Assembly (NCBI GenBank): GCA_963802945.1
Contig: CAWDKY010000030.1
Location: 224,001 to 288,000 of the forward strand
DNA length: 64,000 nucleotides
Source of the DNA: an uncultured delta proteobacterium
GTDB taxonomy: Bacteria; Desulfobacterota; RBG-13-43-22
Direction: 5' to 3'
Each line of letters starts with the position of its first letter. Position 1 is the stretch's first letter. The translations under genes and the position numbers were made by a program. Below the pieces are notes generated by a model that was given only the letters and a program-made list of their open reading frames with translations, made no database searches and was not told the origin of the DNA. Below are positions 31,945-40,258 of this stretch, piece by piece.

Positions 31945-33495
31945 ATGAGTAAGCAGGCAGCTCTTAATGAGCTAAAAAGGCGTAAGGAAGTAACTCAGGC
32001 CTTAGGCGGACCAAAGGCCATTGAGAGGCACAGACAAAGAGGACATCTGACCGCCAGGGAGCGGCTTGATAAATTGCTGGATAAGGGATCATGGCGGGAG
32101 ATAGGAGAACTCGAGCAGTTTGTCGGACCGGATGGTCAGGAATATCATGTCAATAAAATTCACGGATACGGCAAAATAAACGGTCGGATTGTCATCGTTC
32201 AGACTGATGACAGTACCATTCTGGCAGGGACAGGAGCCCCTAGTGTGTCAGGCCTGTCGCGGAAGAAAGGTCTTCACGACGATTTGCTGCCGGAAAGAAA
32301 CTTCCCTTATATCAGGCTCGGTGAGAGCGGTGGTGTGCATCTACAAAGCGTCATGGGCTCCACCGGCGTGCTGGCTATAACCTACCCGGCCACGAGGTTA
32401 CTCTATCCGCGACGCGTACCCAGGGTAACCGGTATTATGGGTTTATGTTTCGGAGACCCAACCTGGCAAGCCTCCATATCCGACTTTGTGGTACAGGTTA
32501 AAGGGACCTGCATGGCTGTTTCCGGTCCACGCGTCTTGGAAGTGGCCTTAAGTGAAAAGATCTCCCCCGAAGAGCTGGGCGGCTGGAAGCTGCACGCGGA
32601 AGTGACCGGACAGGTGGATGCCTTTGCTGAGGACGATGAACACTGCCTGCAGATCATCCGGGAATATTTATCCTACATGCCCTCCCATTGCGATGAGGAG
32701 CCGCCCTACGTGACAACGGAGGATCCACCTGACCGCAAAACTGAAAAATTGATGGATATTATTCCGGATGTGTCCACCAGGGCTTATGACATGACCAGGG
32801 TAATCAAGGATATGGTGGATGACGGGAAAATTTTTATCCTGAAGCCCTTTTTCGGCAAAGCCCTTATCACCTGCCTGGCCCGCATGAACGGTCGAGTGGT
32901 AGGCATTCTGGCCAACCAGGTCCTTTATAATGTGGGTGCGGCCGGGGATCAGGAATGTGAAAAAGCCACCAGTTTTATAGTCCTTTGCGATTCCTTCAAT
33001 ATTCCGATCATCAATTTGTCGGACACCCCCGGTTTTTTAGTCGGCAAGGAAGCTGAACGCAATAAAATTCCATCTATGATCATGAATTGGATGGAGGCCC
33101 TGGCCCTGGCCACTGTGCCCAAGATCACGGTCATTATCCGTAAGGCCTACGGTATGGGTATTTCCAATATGGGCGGCCCGAACTGCGGGGCCGACTTTAT
33201 CGCCGCCTTGACCACGGCTGAAATAAGTTTCATGTCTCCGGAAGCGGCGGCCAACGTGGTTTGGGAGCGAAAAATCGCTGAGGCTGAAGATCCGGAAAGG
33301 GAAAGAAAAAGACTGATCGAAGAAATGCAATACGGGAGTGCTCCCTGGCAGGCCGCTACTGACGGTTGGCTGGACGAGGTATTGGATCCCAGAGATTTGC
33401 GGACCTGGGTAATCGAGCGGCTGGAAATCATGCACAGCCGTAAAAATGGTTTTATGAGTCAGAAGAAATTGCAGGATTGGCCAACCGGCTTTTAA
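31945..33495 (+). CDS. Acyl-CoA carboxylase beta / carboxyltransferase
   Basis: LTARERLDKLLD, EELGG..LH, LSDTPGFLVG and IIRKAYG motifs. Confidence 0.9.
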   Translation: MSKQAALNELKRRKEVTQALGGPKAIERHRQRGHLTARERLDKLLDKGSWREIGELEQFVGPDGQEYHVNKIHGYGKINGRIVIVQTDDSTILAGTGAPSVSGLSRKKGLHDDLLPERNFPYIRLGESGGVHLQSVMGSTGVLAITYPATRLLYPRRVPRVTGIMGLCFGDPTWQASISDFVVQVKGTCMAVSGPRVLEVALSEKISPEELGGWKLHAEVTGQVDAFAEDDEHCLQIIREYLSYMPSHCDEEPPYVTTEDPPDRKTEKLMDIIPDVSTRAYDMTRVIKDMVDDGKIFILKPFFGKALITCLARMNGRVVGILANQVLYNVGAAGDQECEKATSFIVLCDSFNIPIINLSDTPGFLVGKEAERNKIPSMIMNWMEALALATVPKITVIIRKAYGMGISNMGGPNCGADFIAALTTAEISFMSPEAAANVVWERKIAEAEDPERERKRLIEEMQYGSAPWQAATDGWLDEVLDPRDLRTWVIERLEIMHSRKNGFMSQKKLQDWPTGF

Positions 33496-33586
33496 ATGAA
33501 TCCGCAAAGACTGAAGTCGTCGGCGTCTGGCCGATCGATCTCAGAAGATCCAGTTAATTACACGGAATCATCGTAGGAGGAGACAC

Positions 33587-34534
33587 ATGGAAAAACGCAA
33601 ACTGGGAAATTCGGGATTGGAGATTGCCCCATTGGTTTTAGGTGGCAACGTATTCGGCTGGACTGCAGATGAATCCATGTCCTTTAAAATTATGGATGCC
33701 TTCATCGCGGCAGGATTCAACCTCATTGATACGGCGGATGTCTATTCGCTGTGGGTTCCCGGTCATAAGGGCGGGGAGTCCGAAGCCGTTATTGGCAAGT
33801 GGCTGAAACAAAGAGGGAAAAGGACGGATGTGCTCATTGCCACCAAAGTCGGGATGCCGATGGGACCCGATAAGAAAGGATTATCGAAAGCCTATATTAG
33901 ACGCGCCGTGGAAGATTCGCTCCAACGCCTGCAGACGGATTATATCGATCTCTATCAGTCGCATACCGATGACCAGGACGCCCCCCAGGAAGAAACTTTA
34001 ATTACTTATACACAACTGATCAAAGAAGGGAAGGTGAGGGCGATTGGCGCTTCGAATCACAGCGCAGAAAGGCTGGCCCGGGCACTGCAGATCAGTGAAG
34101 AGCATGGATTGGCCGCCCATCAGACTTTACAGCCTCTTTATAACCTCTATGACCGGGCCGGATTCGAAAAGGATCTCGATCCCCTCTGCCGTGAAAAAGG
34201 TCTGGGTGTGATCAGCTACTATTCATTGGCCAGCGGATTTCTCACGGGCAAGTACCGATCGGAAAAGGATTTTACGAAAAGCCCCCGGGGACAGGGGATG
34301 AAACGTTTTCTTAATGACCGGGGATACAGGATTCTGGAGGCACTGGATCAAGTGGCCGGCCAGTATGGCGCTACTCCCGCGACCGTGTCGCTGGCCTGGA
34401 TGCTCAAAAAGCCCGGCCTGACGGCCCCGATTGCCAGCGCCACTAGTCTGGAACAATTGAGCGAATTACTTAAAGCCCCTGGGCTTGATCTTGATAAGAA
34501 TTCGATTGAATTGTTGAACCAGGCCAGTTCCTGA
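33587..34534 (+). CDS. Aldo/keto reductase
   Basis: IDTADVY, LIATKVG, SLQRLQTDYIDLY and IGASN motifs. Confidence 0.93.
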   Translation: MEKRKLGNSGLEIAPLVLGGNVFGWTADESMSFKIMDAFIAAGFNLIDTADVYSLWVPGHKGGESEAVIGKWLKQRGKRTDVLIATKVGMPMGPDKKGLSKAYIRRAVEDSLQRLQTDYIDLYQSHTDDQDAPQEETLITYTQLIKEGKVRAIGASNHSAERLARALQISEEHGLAAHQTLQPLYNLYDRAGFEKDLDPLCREKGLGVISYYSLASGFLTGKYRSEKDFTKSPRGQGMKRFLNDRGYRILEALDQVAGQYGATPATVSLAWMLKKPGLTAPIASATSLEQLSELLKAPGLDLDKNSIELLNQASS

Positions 34535-34547
34535 CCTCAGGTCCCGT

Positions 34548-34580
34548 TTTGATCTCGAAGAGAAACAAGCCCGGTATGGC
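34548..34580 (+). pseudogene. 3' remnant of an ORF6N paralog
   Basis: tttgatctcgaagagaaacaagcccggtatggc = FDLEEKQARYG. Confidence 0.7.
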
Positions 34581-34694
34581 TTTTCCCTAACATCTTATCA
34601 CTGACATCTTCCTCTGCTTTTTATCCTAAGGGATATCAGTCAGTTATTCACTAACATCTTTTTACTGATATCTTCTTGCTCTTTATGCGGGGGG

Positions 34695-35048
34695 TTGACT
34701 TTAATTTTTAACAGGTTTAATAAGTTATATTACCTTAGCTTCATAACTATAAAGCGAATAGCCGTCAACAGGCCTAACCGCTGTTCGCCGAACAACGAAC
34801 GATCCGGCTTCCATTCGATCGGCTTTGCCGATCTCAGGGGGAGACTCCCTGAAGGGAGTCGGACAGGGAGCCTCTTTTGAAGCCCGGCATATCTGCTCCT
34901 AACTGGGAGCCTTTTCAAAAGCTCGACGAAGTCGAGCGGGTCCGGGCGGAACGAACTACGAACGACGAACGTTTTTAGTACCGAAAGGCGTCCATGAAGC
35001 AGTTCAACCAAACCCCATTTTTTTAAAAAAGAAATGGGGATTTTTTTT
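34695..35048 (+). ncRNA. Candidate structured leader RNA (type B) with promoter and terminator-like hairpin
   Basis: TTGACT-17 nt-TAATAA, gcttcata...aaagcgaatagcc, variable insert, ccgaaagg..ccatgaagc, ccccattt../..aaatgggg-T tract. Confidence 0.55.
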
Positions 35049-35069
35049 ACAATCTCTCATTGAGATCTT

Positions 35070-35612
35070 ATGGAATCTTTAGTGCCAGTGGAGGTTATTG
35101 AAAAGAAAATATTTTTGATTCGAGGTCAAAAAGTTTTGCTGGATAGAGATCTTGCTGATCTCTATGATGTGGAAACCAGGGCGTTGAACCAAGCGGTTCA
35201 ACGCAATATTAAGAGATTCCCGAATGATTTCATGTTTACTTTGACCAGAGAGGAGATCATGAGGATATCACAAATTGTGACATCCTCCGACATTAAATTC
35301 TCCAAACAAGTTCGTGCTTTTACGGAGCAAGGCGTGGCTATGCTTTCCGGAATCCTGAATAGCGATCGAGCGATAGAAGTGAATATTCAAATTATGCGGG
35401 CTTTTGTAAAACTCCGGGAGATGATCGCTACTAATAAAGACCTGGCCCGGCGGCTGGATAATCTGGAAAAGAAATATGACAGCCAGTTCAAAGTGGTCTT
35501 TGACGCCCTGCGGGCTTTAATGTCCCCGCCGGCCAAAACCAAACGTAAAATAGGTTTTGATTTAAAGGAGAAGCAGGCACGGTACGGCATAAAGAAATCT
35601 TCGCGAAAATAG
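35070..35612 (+). CDS. ORF6N domain (KilA-N-like) DNA-binding protein
   Basis: [42 protein letters not shown] and KRKIGF motifs. Confidence 0.92.
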   Translation: MESLVPVEVIEKKIFLIRGQKVLLDRDLADLYDVETRALNQAVQRNIKRFPNDFMFTLTREEIMRISQIVTSSDIKFSKQVRAFTEQGVAMLSGILNSDRAIEVNIQIMRAFVKLREMIATNKDLARRLDNLEKKYDSQFKVVFDALRALMSPPAKTKRKIGFDLKEKQARYGIKKSSRK

Positions 35613-35618
35613 GAGTTG

Positions 35619-35835
35619 TTGGCTTAACTGGTTAATAGGTTTATAAATAAATCACTTAAACCTGGCTTCATAAATATAAAGCGAATAGCCCTCAACAGTC
35701 AGCAGTCAGCCTAAGCCCTTTAGATTTTTCCTGACCGCCGATCGCTGATTACTGACAGCTCTAAACCAAAGGATCGTCCATGAAGCAGTCCCCCAAGACC
35801 CCATTTTTTAAAAGAGAAGATGGGGTTTTTGTTTG
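35619..35835 (+). ncRNA. Candidate type-B leader RNA copy
   Basis: ggcttcataaatataaagcgaatagcc...cagtcag heptamer stem...ccatgaagc plus hairpin. Confidence 0.55.
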
Positions 35836-35850
35836 CGGAGGAAATTCTAA

Positions 35851-36399
35851 ATGGATTCTATAATCCCAGTAGAAGTGATTGGACGAAAAATTTTATTGAT
35901 CCGCGGCCAAAAGGTGATGCTGGATGCCGATCTGGCAAAGCTTTACGGGGTGACAACCAAGAGATTGAATGAACAAGTTAGGCGGAATCAGGGACGATTT
36001 CCTGAAGATTTTATGTTCCAATTGAGCTCTGATGAAAAAGCTGAGGTGGTCGCAATTTGCGACCACCTTGCCAAACTTAGATTTTCCCCTACTCTCCCCC
36101 ATGCCTTCACTGAACATGGAGTTCTCATGGTTGCCAGTGTGCTTAATACCACAAAAGCTATTGAAATTAGCGTCTTCGTTGTACGGGCTTTCGTTAAAAT
36201 GCGGGAGATGGTTATCTCAAACAAAGAAATTGTCCGGCGGCTGGATAATCTGGAAAAGAAATATGACAGCCAGTTCAAAGTGGTCTTTGATGCCCTGCGG
36301 GCATTGATGGCCCCGCCACTGAAAACGAAACGAAAGATCGGCTTCGACCTCAAAGAAAAACAGGCACGGTACGCCATAAAGAAATCTTCGCGAAAATAG
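35851..36399 (+). CDS. ORF6N domain DNA-binding protein
   Basis: [35 protein letters not shown] and KRKIGF motifs. Confidence 0.92.
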   Translation: MDSIIPVEVIGRKILLIRGQKVMLDADLAKLYGVTTKRLNEQVRRNQGRFPEDFMFQLSSDEKAEVVAICDHLAKLRFSPTLPHAFTEHGVLMVASVLNTTKAIEISVFVVRAFVKMREMVISNKEIVRRLDNLEKKYDSQFKVVFDALRALMAPPLKTKRKIGFDLKEKQARYAIKKSSRK

Positions 36400-36633
36400 G
36401 AGTTGTTGACTTAAACTAATTGATATATTCTAAATTATCCGTTCAAATGAGACGCATAGGAGTTTAACCCTATGAATCCTCGAATCCTTGACTCTGCTCG
36501 GCTGAGCTCGCCGCAAGCCTTGAACCATATTTTTTTGAGGCTGGTCCATTTAGCAGTCCGACAAGACCCCATTTTTTGAAAAAGAAGATGGGGTTTTTAT
36601 TTGGAGGGAAGGTGACTCAGAAACAACGTCCCC
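36400..36633 (+). repeat. Type-F leader module + shared hairpin, ending aacgtcccc
   Basis: Near-identical to 39842-40045. Confidence 0.85.
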
Positions 36634-36693
36634 GCCGGCAGACTACAGAAAAAGATTGACAAAAAGATCAAATAAGTTATCATAATATTTATC

Positions 36694-36978
36694 ATGTTGA
36701 TTTCGTACAAACCGCCATCTAACAAATTTGTAAAAAAACAGGCTAGGTCGTTTCAACTGGTAATCGAAGACGAGGTCGAAGCCGTCATTCAAAATCCGTT
36801 AGCCGGAGAGACCAAGAAGGGTGATTTGACCGGTTTCAGGATTCATAAATTTTCTTTTCAGGGTCAAAAATTCCTCTTGTCTTATGTTATTCGAACCGAG
36901 GGAATCGTTTTTTTTACGATCGGCTCCCATGAAAATTTTTATCGGGAATTAAAAAAGTATTTAAAGGAGGTGGGTTAA
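36694..36978 (+). CDS. RelE/ParE-like toxin
   Basis: 94 aa; NP..GE.KKGDL.G.R.HKF and IGSHENFY motifs. Confidence 0.85.
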   Translation: MLISYKPPSNKFVKKQARSFQLVIEDEVEAVIQNPLAGETKKGDLTGFRIHKFSFQGQKFLLSYVIRTEGIVFFTIGSHENFYRELKKYLKEVG

Positions 36979-37287
36979 ATGATCACCGCCGAAAAAGTGT
37001 ATAAAGAAATTTTGGATATGCAGGTCAAGGAGAGAGAAAAACTCTTCACCGTTATTGCCAGGAAGGGTTTTGAGAAAGATTCCTATTCCCACGAAGAGGT
37101 TTTCGGCGATATACGGGAATCTCCCTTTATACTCAGAGAAGCCGCCGAATATCTGGAAGTGGCCGAAATAACCCTGAGGCGATGGGTGCAATCCGGTCTC
37201 ATTCCGTATGAAAAAGTTGGAAGGAATATCGTTTTCGATCCTGATGAACTGAGGCGGGTTAAGAAATCAAAGACGAAAAAAAGATAA
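36979..37287 (+). CDS. Excisionase/MerR-like HTH protein, probable antitoxin
   Basis: EAAEYLEVAEITLRRWVQSG.IP..KVG; directly abuts the toxin gene. Confidence 0.8.
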   Translation: MITAEKVYKEILDMQVKEREKLFTVIARKGFEKDSYSHEEVFGDIRESPFILREAAEYLEVAEITLRRWVQSGLIPYEKVGRNIVFDPDELRRVKKSKTKKR

Positions 37288-37357
37288 AAAGCCAATTATC
37301 AAAAAAAAGAAGTTATCACTTCATCCCCAATTTCTTAACAAAGCAGGCAAAACCTTA

Positions 37358-37426
37358 CCCGAAAGGCTGTCCATTAAGCAGTCCATCATGACCCCATTTT
37401 TTAAAAAAGAAGATGGGGTTTTGTTT
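37358..37426 (+). terminator. Copy of the shared hairpin module
   Basis: ccgaaaggctgtccattaagcagtcc...accccatttttt..aagatggggttttgttt. Confidence 0.8.
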
Positions 37427-37449
37427 AAATAATTTTAATTGAGGTTCCT

Positions 37450-37779
37450 ATGAATTCTTTAGTGCCGGTGGAGATTATTGAAAAGAAGATTTTTTTAATC
37501 CGTGGCCTTAAAGTGATACTGGACACTGATTTGGCAGAGCTTTATGGTGTTGAAACAAAATATCTAATTAAAGCGGTCAAGAGAAATCTTTTGCGGTTTC
37601 CTGATGATTTTATGTTCCAACTCAATAAAGAGGAATCTGAAAACTTGAGGTTCCATCTTGGCACCTCAAGTCAGTGGGGAGGACGGCGTTATTTTCCCTA
37701 TGCCTTTACCGAGCAGGGGGTGGCAATGCTTTCCAGCATCCTAAGCAGTGACCAGGCTGTCAAAGCGAATAGCCTTTAG
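37450..37779 (+). pseudogene. 3'-truncated ORF6N paralog
   Basis: ORF6N motifs run to ...SDQAVK, then the sequence switches to aaagcgaatagcc of the type-B leader. Confidence 0.88.
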
Positions 37780-37920
37780 CCTTCAGCAGTCAGCCTGAGC
37801 CCTTTAGGTTTTTCCTGACCGCCGATCGCTGATTGCTGACAGCTCTAAACCAAAGGATCGTCCATGAAGCAGTCCCCCAAAACCCCATTTTTCTAAAAAA
37901 GAAATGGGGGTTTTGTTTTG
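37762..37920 (+). repeat. 5'-truncated type-B leader + shared hairpin
   Basis: Near-identical to 35678-35835. Confidence 0.85.
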
Positions 37921-37999
37921 AAGTGGATAATAGAATGGGAGGCAGTCTTAAGATTGGGGCTTGATTTGTGATCCTATTTTGAGTACAATAGAACCCATT

Positions 38000-38596
38000 A
38001 TGAGTACGAAACAAATTCGCGATAATCTCTCCATGGCCCTTTTCGGCAAGACCAAACGAGCCTTGCTGGCCTTGTTTTTTTCCAACCCGGAGGAATCCTT
38101 TTACCTACGCCAGATTGCCAGGATAACCGCTGCCGGTCAGGGATCTGTTCAGCGAGAGTTAAAAAAATTAGCCGAGGCCGGCATCATCGAGCGTATTGAA
38201 CAGGGCCGACAGGTCTATTTCAGAGCCAAAAGTAACTGTCCCATTTTCGATGAGCTAAAGGGGCTGATATTAAAAACCGCCGGATTGGTGGAGGTGCTTC
38301 GATCCGCTTTATCGCCGGTGTCCGATAAGATCGATCTGGCTTTCGTATTTGGTAGTCAAGCCCGAGGGAAAGCCAAGGCTGCCAGTGACATTGATTTATT
38401 AATTGTCGGGAATGTCGATGAGCTTGAACTACATCGGTTGATCAGCCAGACAGAGGGGCAACTGAACCGCTCCATCAATTACACCTTTTTGACCGCTCAA
38501 GAGTTTAAAAAACGCAAAAAAGAAAAGGGGGGGTTTCTCTCAAGAGTCCTGGCAGGGGAGAAGATTTTCATTATAGGAGACGGGCATGGATCTTGA
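38000..38596 (+). CDS. Winged-HTH plus minimal nucleotidyltransferase (MNT) antitoxin
   Basis: N-terminal HTH (YLRQIARIT...VQRELKKL); FGSQARG....SDIDL = GS-x10-DxD. Confidence 0.9.
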   Translation: MSTKQIRDNLSMALFGKTKRALLALFFSNPEESFYLRQIARITAAGQGSVQRELKKLAEAGIIERIEQGRQVYFRAKSNCPIFDELKGLILKTAGLVEVLRSALSPVSDKIDLAFVFGSQARGKAKAASDIDLLIVGNVDELELHRLISQTEGQLNRSINYTFLTAQEFKKRKKEKGGFLSRVLAGEKIFIIGDGHGS

Positions 38597-39023
38597 GACA
38601 CTCCTCAAAGAGGGACGAGTTCATCAGGAAAAAATATCGTCTCAAGAGATCCATAGGGCCTTGGCTAGAGCGGAAAGGGATTTAAAAACAGCGAGAAAAA
38701 TAATGGCCGAGGACTGGGATTGGGGTTTCTCGATCACCTATAATGCCGTCCTCCAAGCTTCCCGGGCTTACATGTTTGCGCAGGGCTATCGCCCATCTCA
38801 TGGAGAAGGTCATAAAAATACTTTCGCCATCATGAAAATCTTCATGGGGAAAGAGTACGAGGACTTAATTTCCTATTTTGACCGCATGAGGAATAAACGA
38901 AATCAAGCTATTTATGATGTGGCCGGATTGATTACCGAAACGGAGGCCAGAAACCTATTTTCCAAAGCGACTGAATTTATAAAATTGATCCGCCGCAGTC
39001 TGACAGATAAAAATAGCGGCTAA
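38586..39023 (+). CDS. HEPN domain protein (toxin partner of MNT)
   Basis: AERDLKTA, YNAVLQASRA and RNQAIY; overlaps the MNT gene. Confidence 0.85.
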   Translation: MDLETLLKEGRVHQEKISSQEIHRALARAERDLKTARKIMAEDWDWGFSITYNAVLQASRAYMFAQGYRPSHGEGHKNTFAIMKIFMGKEYEDLISYFDRMRNKRNQAIYDVAGLITETEARNLFSKATEFIKLIRRSLTDKNSG

Positions 39024-39150
39024 TTTTTAGAACTTAGCTTTATTGATTCCGGCAAACTGTTAACTAAACCCTCAAACTTACTTGTTGCGGACACCACTAA
39101 TCATGAAAATAATTAATGGGGTTAACTGCCACGCCGTTCACTCCGCCTGC

Positions 39151-39270
39151 GGTCCTCGAATCCTCCTAAGCTCGTCGCAGGTCCTTGAATCCTGTTTTCC
39201 TGTTAAGACTGGTCCATGAAGCAGTCCGAAAAGCCCCCATTTTTTGAAAAAGAAGATGGGGATTTTTTAA
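39151..39270 (+). repeat. Partial type-F leader + shared hairpin
   Basis: cctcgaatcct...ctggtccatgaagcagtcc...cccccatttttt..aagatgggg. Confidence 0.8.
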
Positions 39271-39292
39271 CCAATCTCTCATTGAGGATCTT

Positions 39293-39865
39293 ATGGAATC
39301 TTTAGTGCTCGTTGAGATTATCGAGAAAAAAATTTTATTGATCCGCGGCCAAAAGGTGATGCTGGATGCCGATCTGGCAAAGCTTTACGGGGTGACAACC
39401 AAGAGATTGAATGAACAAGTTAGGCGGAATCAGGGACGATTTCCTGAAGATTTTATGTTCCAATTGAGTCTGATGAAAAAGCTGAGGTGGTCGCAATTTG
39501 CGACCACCTTGCCAAACTTAGATTTTCCCCTACTCTCCCCCATGCCTTCACTGAACATGGAGTCTCTCATGGTTGCCAGTGTGCTTAATACCACAAAAGC
39601 TATTGAAATTAGCGTCTTCGTTGTACGGGCTTTCGTTAAAATGCGGGAGATGGTTGTGTCAAACAAAGAAATTGTCCGGCGGCTGGATAATCTGGAAAAG
39701 AAATATGATTCCCAGTTTAAAGTGGTCTTTGACGCCCTGCGGGCTTTAATGTCCCAGCCAATAAAGCCTAAGCGAAAAATTGGTTTTGACTTGAAAGAGA
39801 AGCAGGCCCGATACAGCATAAAGAAATCTTCGCGAAAGGAGGAGTTGTTGACTTTAACTAATTAA
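39293..39865 (+). CDS. ORF6N protein, near-copy of 35851..36399 with two compensating indels
   Basis: -1 at gagtctg and +1 at gagtctctc shift about 30 codons. Confidence 0.85.
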   Translation: MESLVLVEIIEKKILLIRGQKVMLDADLAKLYGVTTKRLNEQVRRNQGRFPEDFMFQLSLMKKLRWSQFATTLPNLDFPLLSPMPSLNMESLMVASVLNTTKAIEISVFVVRAFVKMREMVVSNKEIVRRLDNLEKKYDSQFKVVFDALRALMSQPIKPKRKIGFDLKEKQARYSIKKSSRKEELLTLTN

Positions 39866-40195
39866 TATATTCTAAATTATCCGTTCAAATGAGATGCATA
39901 GGAGTTTAACCCCATGAATCCTCGAATCCTTGACTCTGCTCGGCTGAGCTCGCCGCAAGCCTTGAACCCTGTTTTTTTTGAGTCTGGTCCATGAAGCAGT
40001 CCCCCAAAACCCCATTTTAAAAAAAAGATGGGGGTTTTGTTTTGGCGTGGATGATAAAAGAGAGTAGAATGCTTGGGTCAAATCAAAAACAATCGGACAA
40101 ATGGGGAGAAATAAGTTGTTTTAGAACCAACGTCCCCTCTTAATGAAGCAACCGCACTAGGCCCCATTTTAAAAGAAGATAGGTTTTTGTTTTGG
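39842..40195 (+). repeat. Type-F leader + hairpin + tail to aacgtcccc, then a degenerate second hairpin
   Basis: Homologous to 31616-31900; the degenerate hairpin is at 40143-40192. Confidence 0.8.
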
Positions 40196-40258
40196 TTAAG
40201 GACAAAATTTAAACTGTTTCAGACCTGACTTCCCCCTTTACAGTTTATAATACAGGCC

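Noticed and set aside
34695-35048. Leader as a T-box or known riboswitch (c-di-GMP, c-di-AMP, SAM, TPP, ZTP)
   Set aside because: No T-box GGTGG.ACC motif or other consensus I recognise; left as an unassigned candidate pending an Rfam search.
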